Positions 1 to 11,365 are shown, counted from the first letter of the stretch. The stretch: 64,000 nucleotides of DNA from Porphyridium purpureum (GCA_008690995.1 VRMN01000008.1:806001-870000); one strand, 5' to 3'. The notes: a model not told the origin generated them from the sequence alone. A program made the numbers and translations.

Positions 1-964
1 ACAGTGTCGACGACCAAGCCTTGTCAGATTCGGAACCGTCCCTATCCGGACGTAGCCATATGGAGTCCGCTTCATCGATTTTCAGCTCACGACAAAGGAC
101 ACTGTAGTATGGATCTCTTTCAAGCGCCAATATTGATCGGCCATACTTTCCCAGGACCTGCGTGATTGCGTAGTAGATCGCAGTCATCCACGTGATACCG
201 ATATCGAGAGCTTCCTTCTCCTCGTTTGGCGTGATGCGGTCATCCAGTGGAGCTAGACTTGTACCATATGGTGATACTGGCGTTCTAAACTTTCTGTACA
301 GTCTAGAACTTAAAAATGGCCGACAGGCAAACGACTTGACAGGTTCCTCAACCGTCCCGTCTCGCGTTATGTAGTCGACGACGCGACGCGCGGTTCCCAG
401 ATGGGACTTGAAAGCTGCCGCGAGCGACATACGAATATTCCTGCGGAGCCCATTTTTGGCACCTTTCAGCGATTCCTGCATCAAAGTAGTAAGTGCTTCG
501 TCTTCCATCATGGACGGAGGATCCACAAACCCAATGTCAGTGTACCATGTGGTAAACATTGTCAAGCCCGGCGATGCCGCTGGCGTGTACGGCTCGCGAT
601 GATCATATGTAGCGGCAAGGCGCTCGAACTTGCGCCAGAAGTCCATACAGCCCGTACCCGCGTCGTCGACCTTTACAACCGCAGGTAACAGCCCACGATT
701 CACAATATTGCGCACAAAGATATCGGTCGCGGAGCCTCTTCTGGCTCGCTTCTTCGCTCTGTCTTTCCCGCGGCGCCGCCGCCCAAAATTGGATCCATCG
801 ACTGTGGAAGACAAGGCTGGTGTGACCACAGCCTCCGCCGGCGCGTCCTCGTCCCCCCGCAGCCGCCGGGCCACTGCGCTGCGCGACGAAATCTCAGCGC
901 TGCGACTCATTCCAATATTGACACCCGCGCCACGGACAAGCGCACCCCTTCCCAAGTCTGCCAT
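1..964 (-). CDS. Hypothetical protein, >=321 aa, runs off the window start (missing from the ORF track); basic NLS-like stretch
   Basis: Hand translation from ATG at 964 gives MADLGRGALV...GRRRRGKDRAKKRARRGS...DKAWSSTL with no stop before position 1. Confidence 0.75.
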   Translation of the reverse strand, partial: MADLGRGALVRGAGVNIGMSRSAEISSRSAVARRLRGDEDAPAEAVVTPALSSTVDGSNFGRRRRGKDRAKKRARRGSATDIFVRNIVNRGLLPAVVKVDDAGTGCMDFWRKFERLAATYDHREPYTPAASPGLTMFTTWYTDIGFVDPPSMMEDEALTTLMQESLKGAKNGLRRNIRMSLAAAFKSHLGTARRVVDYITRDGTVEEPVKSFACRPFLSSRLYRKFRTPVSPYGTSLAPLDDRITPNEEKEALDIGITWMTAIYYAITQVLGKYGRSILALERDPYYSVLCRELKIDEADSIWLRPDRDGSESDKAWSSTL

Positions 965-1246
965 ATGGCGCGCCACCTTCGAGATGCACAAGCTCGCCTA
1001 TCTCTCTTCTCCCCCTTGGCGAGAGCGCGCGCAAAAGACAAGTCTAGATTGGAAAAATAGAGCTATTTTCATATCAAAACGTGACCTCTTGGACGTGACC
1101 CGTGTGGGGTGTTGGGGAAGGGATCGCATGCCGTCAAGTTGCGAAGGGGTCGCTTGCTCGCGGAGAAAAAGGGGAGCGGCGATATTGCGACAGAGGCAGG
1201 TTCTGCGGAGACGGGGATTTGCCGGCTGACGACAGCACTTGTCCAT

Positions 1247-4200
1247 ATGGAACGCTCGCTCGGTTCATACCGGGCGGAGGCATGGGAGCTGGAGGACTTG
1301 TACGCGTCCGGAGATATCACCCAGGATGACTTGGACGCCACTCCATATGGACAAAGGATGTGGTTCGGGCCGCTGCTGCCGCCCGATCTTCCACAGGTCT
1401 CTCGGGTGCGGCGCACGGAAGCCTTGCGCCGTGACGAGACGGCCGCGTCGGACCCGATGTCTCACGCCGATATCGGAGCCCGCGAGGCGCACCTGGGCAT
1501 CGCAGTGAGCCATGCGTTTTTGATGTACTTCAGCAATATTGTTGGAGCTCTCAAGTGTCTACGTGGTGGCGTCACGGTGGCCCACTGGATCGCAGAAACC
1601 CCATATGGGCAGCACCACTATTCAGCTCATATGGGAGAGTGGGAGGTGGCACTGTATCGCATGTTTCTGGCGGCGCAGCGCACGGAACGCCTCTTTGCGT
1701 GGTCATATGACGAATTCACGGGCGCAATTGCCGACCAAAGTGCTCCGCGCCAGCTGTCATATGGACATAAGCGCAGGCGCACTGACGCAGGTGCACTCGG
1801 ATATCCGAGACGTGCGCGCATTCAAGAGAGTCTAGACTTGGAGGCGTGGCTGCTGAAGCAGAGGTGCGAATGGCCTCGCCGCCTGACAACCGTTGGTCCA
1901 TATGAGCTCAGCCCAAAGCCGACACGAAGTGACGGCTGGAACAGTGCATATGCTCATTTTTACCAGTTGCGCACGCTTATGCCTGCTGCGCACGGTGCGC
2001 CATCATATGATGCTGCGTTGGTGGTTCGCGGCCACGATGATGCGGTGGAGCGCATCTCGAGGCTTACTCGCAACGCTTATCGGCTTCCTCAATTGCCGCG
2101 CAATATTGCATGCCCGTGCAACACAACAGGATACCCGGCCGTCATCTTCGTCCACGAAGGCCCAAGGCTCCATGTGGAGACGATGCCGACACGTCCGCGC
2201 AGGGCAAGAGACGGTGACGAATTGTTCCCGAAGGGATGCTTGGCGCGCTTAGAACGCATCCGCGCCGTGCGCGTGATGATGGACTTTGCGACAACGCTCC
2301 TCGATATCAGCACGTATGCTACCATATGGTTTGGCAGAGATGCTGCTCTTGCGCATATGCGAAACTTGGTCCAAGAGCTCCGGAGCCGTGTCGTATCCGC
2401 TGACTACTCGGGGTCGGTCTTCCCATATGGACCCACCGAGATGGATGAACAGCCGCAAAGGGTGTTTCGCTGGCCGCCACACCATACAGAGTATCATGGG
2501 CGCCGGCTGCGCGAAGCCTTCAGGATGGAAAATGTCCCGACCCAGCAGATTTCTGCAGATGGGCAGACTTATACCGTCCCACGCTACTCCGAGCGGCACG
2601 CCGTCGACATATGTGTAGCACGGCTGCGGAGCGCTCAGCTGTATGCTTGGCCTTCGATTGCGAGGACGCAATTGTATGCGTTCCGGGACGCGATAAATCC
2701 AGATGGAACGCACGTCCCAGAATTACTCGCACCACGCTTCGATGTCGGCATGGGCAACATCCTGGAATGGGGCATTGAGCTATGGGACCACACGGTAGAG
2801 GCGCACAATCGAATATTCGCACATGTGACGCATGACTACCTGTGGGACGACCTGCCCAAACTGCATGCCACACCGAGGGACACGGACTTAGCCATTGCCA
2901 AGGTGTTTGGCAGCTTCCGTATGGAGCACGGAGGTAGCAGGATCAACTTTGGCCTTCCTGAAGACCTCAATATTGATGCAGCCTCGCACGCAGCATCCAT
3001 CGAGCTCGACACGGCAGCAATCCAGTATTGGAAGGCGCAAGAGACTGCCTTTGCCTGGGATCGGGGGAGCAGCAGCGTGTGGGTGCAATGGTTATCTGGC
3101 AACGTGACCCGAAGACATATGTACCGCGGACACCAGTGCACATCTAATGTGCGATCAATAGAGTATGGGGGGTCCGCGCCATATAGTGTCTGGGTCGCCA
3201 TGCTCAGGCGATTGTGGGTGGATGGCTGGCAGCTGCAGAGGGGCCTTGAACGTGCGGCGGAGATGCTACCACGCCCATCCGAGCCGCGCACGCCACATGG
3301 CACCCGTGTTGAGAAGCCTTTTGCCCCGCAAACGTACCGCACGTCCAGCCTCGCAGGCGGTACTTATGGGCATATGCGATTGCCAGCGGCCAGCCAAAGT
3401 TGGAGCGATGTGGACATCGTGCGAAGCCCGATATCGGCATCTGCGCGTGCACTTCCGGCGTCCGCACACGTGGATATCCAAGACTGCTTGATCTGTCAAT
3501 TTCCGGTGACAGACCAGTTCATCTACGAGTGCACGACCCTGCACCCGACATGCACTAGCTGCCTGCGCATGACATATGCCTTTAAGGTGGCGAACATGTA
3601 CAGCATAGAACTGTCGAACTTTCACGTGGATGACAGGTTCATGCGCAATTATAGCATGTGCGAATTGTGCAGGAAGGCCGTTGGCGTCTGCCGCATATGC
3701 GAACAAAATTACGCATTCGCGCCCTTCCTTTTTGCCGGCGCAATCTGTACGGAAGGCTTCTCGGACGCTTTCGTCGACCATATGGAGAGATGTCTTTTAA
3801 CACGGCACGTCACAGATTTTGCTGCCTTAGCCGGCTGCATCGCCGAACCCAGAAGACCGGGCAGGTGGCGGATATCCACGAACCCACCGCTCGTCGAACT
3901 GGTAGCAAGCCAGGCGCGGCGCCACTTCGCGCACAGCATATGCCACAATATTGTGCGCATAATGCTCGTCGAAATGCGCCGGGCCCGGGCTCGCCAGATG
4001 GCTTTGCCAGTGGAGGATATCCAGGAGTTGCTGGAGTACTTCCCTGGAAATCGACGCAGGCCGTATGGAATATCCCGCAAGCTTGCCTTCGACGTTCTAG
4101 ACACGCGTCGATTTCCTGTGTGGGACGATATCGTCAACGAGTACAACATGTACTGGGATATCCGACCGGTCGTACAGGCAATTGGCTCGAGCCCAGATTG

Positions 4201-4669
4201 GTCTCACCCGCCGAACTTGCCCTGGTGCCAACATATGAACAGTACGTGGCGACCTGGGTATATCCGGCATTATCCGGGTCAGCGCATGATGGAGGATATC
4301 CTTTCATATGAGCGACAGCGGGCTCGCTGCTGGTGCGATTACTTCGTGTCGGAAACCAAGCTCCGCATGCGGCAGGCATTAAGCGATCATATGGTCTCGC
4401 TGCAGGAAGGCGGCACCGGGTTAATACCACCACCACTGCGAGAGCTCTGCGTATGCGACGAGTGCAGGACAGGACAAGGCGTGGCTGCTCATATGAGAAC
4501 ATACCCAGAGCTGGCGGACGACATGAAGATCGCGTGGTACCTTGCCAAGAAGGCCATCGCATATGCGAACCACGGCTCGGTGACGGGGCCGCTTAATACT
4601 TACCAGGTGCCGTCAATATTGACGTGGTCACCGAGTCAATTCCGTGACCACGCTCACAGCACAGAATGA
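1247..4669 (+). CDS. Large protein (~1140 aa) with a C3HC4 RING finger and further Cys clusters; probable transposon cargo
   Basis: Long open frame with first ATG at 1247. The motif C-x2-C-x11-C-x3-H-x2-C-x2-C-x32-C-x2-C lies at 3485-3670, with C-terminal CWC...CVCDEC. Confidence 0.85.
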   Translation: MERSLGSYRAEAWELEDLYASGDITQDDLDATPYGQRMWFGPLLPPDLPQVSRVRRTEALRRDETAASDPMSHADIGAREAHLGIAVSHAFLMYFSNIVGALKCLRGGVTVAHWIAETPYGQHHYSAHMGEWEVALYRMFLAAQRTERLFAWSYDEFTGAIADQSAPRQLSYGHKRRRTDAGALGYPRRARIQESLDLEAWLLKQRCEWPRRLTTVGPYELSPKPTRSDGWNSAYAHFYQLRTLMPAAHGAPSYDAALVVRGHDDAVERISRLTRNAYRLPQLPRNIACPCNTTGYPAVIFVHEGPRLHVETMPTRPRRARDGDELFPKGCLARLERIRAVRVMMDFATTLLDISTYATIWFGRDAALAHMRNLVQELRSRVVSADYSGSVFPYGPTEMDEQPQRVFRWPPHHTEYHGRRLREAFRMENVPTQQISADGQTYTVPRYSERHAVDICVARLRSAQLYAWPSIARTQLYAFRDAINPDGTHVPELLAPRFDVGMGNILEWGIELWDHTVEAHNRIFAHVTHDYLWDDLPKLHATPRDTDLAIAKVFGSFRMEHGGSRINFGLPEDLNIDAASHAASIELDTAAIQYWKAQETAFAWDRGSSSVWVQWLSGNVTRRHMYRGHQCTSNVRSIEYGGSAPYSVWVAMLRRLWVDGWQLQRGLERAAEMLPRPSEPRTPHGTRVEKPFAPQTYRTSSLAGGTYGHMRLPAASQSWSDVDIVRSPISASARALPASAHVDIQDCLICQFPVTDQFIYECTTLHPTCTSCLRMTYAFKVANMYSIELSNFHVDDRFMRNYSMCELCRKAVGVCRICEQNYAFAPFLFAGAICTEGFSDAFVDHMERCLLTRHVTDFAALAGCIAEPRRPGRWRISTNPPLVELVASQARRHFAHSICHNIVRIMLVEMRRARARQMALPVEDIQELLEYFPGNRRRPYGISRKLAFDVLDTRRFPVWDDIVNEYNMYWDIRPVVQAIGSSPDWSHPPNLPWCQHMNSTWRPGYIRHYPGQRMMEDILSYERQRARCWCDYFVSETKLRMRQALSDHMVSLQEGGTGLIPPPLRELCVCDECRTGQGVAAHMRTYPELADDMKIAWYLAKKAIAYANHGSVTGPLNTYQVPSILTWSPSQFRDHAHSTE

Positions 4670-4917
4670 TCCATGTAGACGGGGTACAGGAGGTTGAAAA
4701 ATATTAAATATTAGTAAATTCAAAAAAATAAATTCTTTGGCGTAGAAAACAAAACTTGTTGTCCCTGGAGGTACAGTCAGACCAAATGGTTACGAGGAAC
4801 CCTAAAATCCTTAACGGTTAAGGATTCTAGTATTAACGAATTACATCTCCGCATTAGTGGAGAGTATTAACGGGAGTATTAACGGGCGAGTAACCCTAAA
4901 AACACGGTTATGGACTG

Positions 4918-5475
4918 GACCCGAAACGTGTGTGTCAAGGCCGAAAAGAAGCGGGTCAAAGCCAAAAAGCACACCGCTGCCGCACACTGTTAGGAGGATC
5001 GCGGGGGGATTTTCGCGGAGTATTTCGCGATGAGCGCTGGCACGCAGTGCAAAGTCATCCCTGGTTCGTGCGCGAGAAGTGCACCTCCGCAAGCGCGGAT
5101 GCAATGCCACTGATTAACGCAGTTCTCACAGCCACAAAGCGGGAAAGTGCAACTCCGTGTGATAGATGAGTGAGCGCTGCGGGAGCGCCAAGGCAACTTG
5201 ACACTCCGGTTCAAACGCGTTAGCGCGACGAGAAGCAGTGGCCAAGAGGACCCAGAAGAGCGCAGTCAGAGGAGTGCCGCACTGCTGGTGGGCTGGTGGA
5301 CGGGCGGGCGGGCAGACATTCATTGCCGCGCGCCGCCCGTGGAAGCGTTGTATCGAAGCTCGCTGCCGCGTTCGCCCAGTATGCGCGGTGGGCAAGCTCG
5401 GCGACGATGAGGGTGTGTATCGTGGCGAGCTGTTTGTGGAAGCGCAAAGTATGAACGTTGTGGAACAGGGCGTTA
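4918..5475. repeat. Diverged duplicated segment, copy 1
   Basis: Collinear similarity to 7337-7890 (e.g. AAAAGCACACCGCTGCCGC, TTCTCACAGCCACAAAGCGGGAAAGTGCAACTC, GATGAGGGyGTGTATCGTG). Confidence 0.85.
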
Positions 5476-6367
5476 CTTGTGCGAAAAACTAAGTCCGTTA
5501 TGGAGAGAAAAGCCCCAACGCTTCGCAGCTCCTGAGAAATGATGCGATGACGGATGTCGCCCTTGTGGATGCAGCCGATCGGCATCCTCTCGGTTGCTGT
5601 CGAGCACGCTTGCTACCGGCATGAAGGACAGCGCACCAACAAGCGATCGTAAGACTTCCGGGCCTCATGAGTGCATCCGTGGGCAAATATTTGAAATGTT
5701 TGCCGAGCAAACCATTACAACATACTGATCCGATGCGAATCGGCGTATGCTCTGACAGACTGACAGGACCACAACTTCTGTCAAGCGAGACTGGTCCATC
5801 TTGCGCTCACCATTTGTATAAACTGGAGACAGTTCAATCTGTCACAGCTCATCAAGCTCTGACGCATTCACTGCGCAGCGATCAAACTCATCCACTCAAG
5901 TCGGAGCTGCATTAAACAGGACGAGAAGGACATGGCCTGTGTTGCGCATGGGGAAGGTCTTTTGACTTAGCCTCGAAATCTTGAAGCCTTCATTGAAGTC
6001 TCTTTCTAAACCTTTTTCATCAAATGACAATTTGATCAAAACTGGATCAAAACTGCTGTCTGCCCGGCTCTCGCCCAAAGCAAGGCTTAAAAAGTGGCCA
6101 GAAAACATTCTCTGATCACGAGAAATTCCATTCTGAGGACTTTAGTCTTTTCGAGCACAAAATAATCTCAACTTCTTCCAACCAGCAAATCACAGTTTTC
6201 GGACGGCTATTTGGTAACATGGGCGTATGCAACCGTAGTAAGGACAAAAACCCGACGAGGAAAAACATTGCCTCGAGTGCTTGCAGGCATTTCTTGATAA
6301 AAATTGCAGAAATACTTTCCCGCACGTGCGGGTAATTTGCTGCGAATGACACTTGCTTCGCACCGTC

Positions 6368-7141
6368 TCAATAGTTTCCGGAGTTATACGACGCCTGGCG
6401 CTCGATCATGGTCAGGTTGGCAAGTACCGCGAGTACCACATGAAGCAACGTGTCTGAGTGTTTGGCGACGTGCAAAACCATCTTGTGCTCTTTCATGGAA
6501 TTCTGCCACTCCCAATAAGACAAGAGGCTGTCCGGGTGATCTGGACGGGATGTCTGGAATCGCGCTTTTGCCGATCTAATCTCATCTAGTTCAAGCAGTG
6601 GGCCAGAGTCTTTATGCACCTCGCCTAACGGGTTGGGATCGTCGTCAGCGCGGACCGGCTCATATGCACGCATTTTGGCCTTGAAGAGACTCGTCGAGTA
6701 CTCCACCTTGAACCACTTGTACAACGCAGTGGACGTGTCGTCCTTCTTTTTCAAGGCCTCGGGATCGGGCTCTTGCCCGTTGAACTTGGGCCCCTTTGTG
6801 CTGACAATTTTCCAGGAAAACGAGCTAAGGATCTTGCCAGGAATCACGCGCACGCAGAGTTTCCCGCTGGCGTCGAACACCTCGAACGAGTTCCACGACC
6901 AATCGATCTTTTTCACCTTGTACTGCGGACTGCCACTCTGCTGCGCAGCGTCTGCCGTCGTGCCGGGCGGCATGAGAAACACATTAAAGCCTCGATCCTT
7001 GACCTTACTTGTCTTAACCAGCGTAAGCATGGTATACTCGGACGTGGGCGCCGCGCCATCAAGCGTTTGCTCCGCGCTCTCGAGACCGCCATCGGCAGCC
7101 TCCCACTCCACTTGACTAAACTTTGACTTGACGCCTCCCAT
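6368..7141 (-). CDS. Tubby-C/LURP-one-like protein with an N-myristoylation motif
   Basis: 257-aa ORF starting MGGVKSK. It has beta-strand-rich segments and a C-terminal hydrophobic helix (LHVAKHSDTLLHVVLAVLAN) typical of the Tubby-C/scramblase fold. Confidence 0.7.
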   Translation of the reverse strand: MGGVKSKFSQVEWEAADGGLESAEQTLDGAAPTSEYTMLTLVKTSKVKDRGFNVFLMPPGTTADAAQQSGSPQYKVKKIDWSWNSFEVFDASGKLCVRVIPGKILSSFSWKIVSTKGPKFNGQEPDPEALKKKDDTSTALYKWFKVEYSTSLFKAKMRAYEPVRADDDPNPLGEVHKDSGPLLELDEIRSAKARFQTSRPDHPDSLLSYWEWQNSMKEHKMVLHVAKHSDTLLHVVLAVLANLTMIERQASYNSGNY

Positions 7142-7336
7142 CTTAGCAAAAGAACCACTCCCGATCCAAGCACAACACTACGTCGCTCCTTCACGAATCC
7201 CGACTGCGTCACTCCATCACGGTCTTGCCCACCAGCCACCTCCACCACCACCTTTAACGCATGTCAGCACCCAACCATGCGACAAGCTGACACCTGTCTT
7301 TTCGTCCCTGTGCGGTACTCGCCAAGTGCCGCGTTC

Positions 7337-7890
7337 GACCTGAAAAGTGGGTCAAGGCCGAAAAGCACACCGCTGCCGCGTGTGATTAGGAGGATCGTGG
7401 AGGGACTTTCGCGGTGTATTTCGCGATTTGTGCCGTCACGCATTGCAAAGTCATCTCTGGCGCATGCATGACAAGTGCACCTCCGCAGGCGCGGATGCAA
7501 TTGAAATTGCAATGCAATGCAATGCCGCTGACTAACGAAGTTCTCACAGCCACAAAGCGGGAAAGTGCAACTCGGTGTAATGGATGAGTGAGCGCTGCGG
7601 GGAGCGCAAAGGCAAACTGACTTTGGCTCCAACGCGTTGGTATGACGAGGAGCAACGGCCAAGGGGACCATGCAAGCGCAGTCAAGAAGTGCCGTACTGC
7701 TGATGGGCTGGTGGGCTGGTGGGCAGGCAGGCACTGCCGCGCGCCTCGCATCGAAGCGTTCTACCGCAGCTCGCTGCCACGTGCGCCTAGTGTGAGCAAT
7801 GGACAGCTCGGCGATATCGACGATGAGGGCGTGTATCGTGACGAGCTATTCGAGGAAGCGCAATCCGTGAACGATGTGGAACAGGGCGTG
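7337..7890. repeat. Diverged duplicated segment, copy 2 (continues into decayed coding-like sequence to ~8380)
   Basis: Similarity to 4918-5475. Confidence 0.85.
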
Positions 7891-9406
7891 TTGCGTTTGG
7901 TGCTGGACCAGCAGCGCGTCAAAAAAACGCTTCTCAGCGGGCGCCATCTTTGGTCCTTCGTTGATGCAGCTGTTCTCGATGCTACTTCCCATGTCTCGCG
8001 TGCGAGCGCGGGTCAGCTCGATGCCAGTCTTCGCCAAAGCTTCCGCTTCGCGCCGCTCCACAGGTGTGCTACGTCACGAAGCAGCGATTGACATCGAATG
8101 GACACTGTGGGACGGCGCGTTTCGCAGATCATGGCGGGCCGCTCGTCTGTTATACGCGCCAAAGGATTTGTTTTACAAGGCCGCCCAGAGTTTGACACGC
8201 TGTTGAAAGATGTCCAAGCTGATTGCACGGCGAAAGACGCCTCGTCCGCTGAAAACTACTCCGAACTCAAGGTTGGTGTGTTTCCACGCGCGCCGGCCGC
8301 GGTAACGCTCGCCTTCAAGCAAGTTTGCATCAACTGTGAGACATCGGATTGCTCAAGGGCCGGTGAGCGGGCCCAGCAATAAGTCGACCTGTCCCAGAAT
8401 TGAACGAATGACACAGTCGAAGCCATATCACTGTCGAACGTGCAACACGAGCCACGTTGCTCTCGGATACACCGTTCGGTGCGGAATCCTCGGCGATGAT
8501 AGGGCTGCAAGGATTGATACGCGCCCCAGTTGGGTACGGCTTGTCATGTCTATCCTCGTGCAGCCCGGTGTTCACCGCGTTCAGAACGTAGGTGCGACAA
8601 CCATGTCGAGCGTTCACGCTCGGCGCTGATGATCCCGAATTAAGCATGGCGGCGCGTCGAGATGCTTTTCACTTTTTCCGTGGCAGCGAGTCATTGCGCA
8701 AAAGGTTCCGGGTCGACAGGTCTCGGTCTTGGTCGAGTGCTTGTTGCGGCATTTGCTCACTGCGCTGTGCCGATGGTTGGAAGCATTTAGAAGCGTCCGA
8801 TGAAGCTCTGGGATGCGAACAAGAAGACTGGCAGGCCAGCGGAAGCGGCGGGCTAGGCAACGTTGTCACTTTCAATGCTGAATGAGATTATGGAAACGGA
8901 CGGCAACTTTTCCGGCTCGCACAAACACGATCCGTGCTTTCTCGACTTGGGCCGGCGGGTCATTCTCGGAGACGCGCGCGCGCGGCGATTGCGTGCACCC
9001 GCGTTGTCGTTCCACGCGCGGCTGGCCAGCAACGCCACCGTGGCGATTTTGCGATTTTGCACAGGCGCCACGGTTCGGTCACAACAGAGATGTTTGTGCG
9101 GTGGCACGAGCGTGACGCCGTCCACGCACGAAAGGCGATTCGGGACACGCGGTCGCGGCGGTTGGTGATGGACGCGCCCCGTCACACTGGTTGGCGTGTT
9201 TGGTGACACGCGCGGCGGCTATGCGCGAACGATGTGCGCGGTAGCTCGGTGTCGCGCGATCATTGCGGTGCGCGCACAAGGGCTTTCATGCGCACGTGAG
9301 ACTGAAGACATCTGTCTAGTCATTTCCCTCGCTCCATGAAGGGGCGTCCCGGGACGGGCAGGCCGCTGCTGCTGATCTTTGCAGAAAGGTGAAGCGCGTC
9401 ATTGAA

Positions 9407-10522
9407 ATGGCGCGGATGTTTCCGTTGGCTTGGGCTGCGACCATCGCGCTGCATGTGACATTGTCCTCGTGGCACAATGTGGTTGCCCAGGAGTTCTGCC
9501 CAAAAGAGTCGAACTGAGCAACCCGTACTCGGCGGTTGGGACACTGGGGTTGGTTCCAGACTCTGCAGGGCCCATCACATGCATGGCCGTCCCCGCGACG
9601 TGTCTCAGTGGGTTCCCCGAGTGTGCGTCGCAACCCTGCCAGGGATACGCGCAAGTCGGAGGAAACCCAAGAGATGGTGCTCGAGTACGAGGACGTTTCC
9701 GACGTACTTTTGGAATTTTCTGCATTGCCGGTGGATGTTGTGCTTGATTTTCGCGATGGAACGGTGACGGCGTATACAAGCCTGGGGGAATTCATGCACA
9801 CTAACGGTTCGCAGGGAGAGTACCGAGTCGTGATCTCGGGAAGTCTCGGTGGAATCAAGTTCAAGGACGAGTTGACGACTGTGGCTTCGTGGGGCCAGCT
9901 TGGCCTGGGGACACTAGAAGAAGCCTTCCTTGACATGAGTTCCCTGAAGGATGTTCCCGCTGACCTACCGTCCACAGTTACAGATCTGAGCGCCATGTTT
10001 GGGCGGTTCTCTGCGTCCGTTCCGGGTGAAGTAGAATCGTGGGACGATTCAAAGGTGACAAACATGAACTACATGTTTGCGCTTTCGAGTTTTAATGGAG
10101 ATATTGGCTCGTGGGACGTATCCAGCGTGACAGACATGGGTTTAATGTTCTTCTTTGCTCCCTTTAATCGGGATATTGGTTCGTGGAACACGTCCAGCGT
10201 AACAGACATGTCCGACATGTTCATCGCTACGCCTTTCAACCAAGATATTGGGGAGTGGAATGTCAGCAGTGTGACCACGATGGAAAGCATGTTTGCGTCG
10301 ACCTCTTCCTTTAACCAGGATATTTCTAATTGGGACGTCAGCAGTGTGACAAAGATGGGTTCCATGTTTGCGAACGCCGCTTCTTTCAGGTAGGACATTT
10401 CTCGTTGGAGTGTAGGACTTGTCGCAAATTGTGCTGGGTTCAGTGATAATTCGCCGCTGGGTTGCTTTTTCGACCCGCCGGATCCAGTGTGTGGATTCAT
10501 TGATTGCCCTTGGGCACCTTGA
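9407..10522 (+). pseudogene. Secreted DUF285/BspA-like repeat surface protein with two in-frame stops
   Basis: Signal peptide MARMFPLAWAATIALHVTLSSWHNVVA, then TGA at 9515. About five [17 protein letters not shown] repeats follow, then TAG at 10391, after which the repeat continues (DISRWSV) to TGA at 10520-10522. Confidence 0.85.
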
Positions 10523-11210
10523 AAGGTCTCATGTACGTCGATGTGAGGAGTTGAAGACGGTTTTCTATTGCGCTGTCATGAAAAATGTTGGCTTGGTTTT
10601 TTTTTTTTTTTTTTCTTTCTGTCCGTACTCAAGGTGTCAAACATAAAGACATACACCAAGTTGAGGATACTCTGGTGTGTTGCAGCTTGCTCAAGCCACG
10701 AATGTCAATCAGACCCTATCCATAAAAATCCATCCTTCTCGGCCTGTACTCAAGTGGTCGACGTACCAGACCCACATGTCAAGCCTCGATCGCCCTGGTT
10801 CTGCGAGAAGACTGTCCACTGGTGAAAAATGGGCACTCAGAGGCATACACAAGAAGCCCCACTCATGTCGTCTCGCATGTCTGAGAAGCCTGGAGTGCGG
10901 CCACATTGAGAAATAGGAGCAGTCAAGCCATGGATCTAGAACCGTTTCGAAGGCTAGTGTGTTGTGCAAGTTGGTTGCCGGTGGTCTCATGGTACCGAGC
11001 GGCGTGCTCATCGATGAGGTATTCATGGACGCACCTGTCCACTTTCGGGCGTCTGCGAGGATGCAACAGCGCAGGATTTCCTTGCAAGTGGGTTGGGTGC
11101 TATTCTGGAATTTCCGAAGTGTGGGGTGCGGCTCGGCGGCGTTTGGCGCAATCGGCTAGGCAGCGGTTTGTGTCTCTCAACCCAGTCGTTAACGATTACT
11201 ACGATTAGTA

Positions 11211-11225
11211 CCACTGCCACTGCCA

Positions 11226-11323
<98 letters not shown>

Positions 11324-11365
11324 ACTGCCACTGCTACTGCTACTGCTACTGCTACTGCTACTGCT
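11211..11365. repeat. Compound hexanucleotide microsatellite (CCACTG/GTTGCT/CTACTG)
   Basis: Directly visible tandem array. Confidence 0.95.

Larger units (their letters stand above)
1..4917. mobile_element. Right part of a large TIR DNA transposon (probable CMC/Plavaka-like family); left end lies outside the window
   Basis: Ends in AACACGGTTATGGACTG (reverse complement CAGTCCATAACCGTGTT), the same CAGTCC terminus as the element at 34772-44163. It has AT-rich subterminal repeats (TATTAACG x3, AACCCTAAAA x2). Homology of the downstream flank to the paralogous segment at 7337 resumes exactly at 4918. No transposase is visible in the window. Confidence 0.65.

Noticed and set aside
50..4630. RIP or CpG deamination as the cause of the ATAT excess
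   Set aside because: The ORFs are intact, CpG and CpA remain abundant, and point deamination would not symmetrise variable flanks.
4798..4901. Telomere or telobox signal (AACCCTAAAA x2)
   Set aside because: Only two separated copies within subterminal repeats, and the host telomere repeat is unknown.
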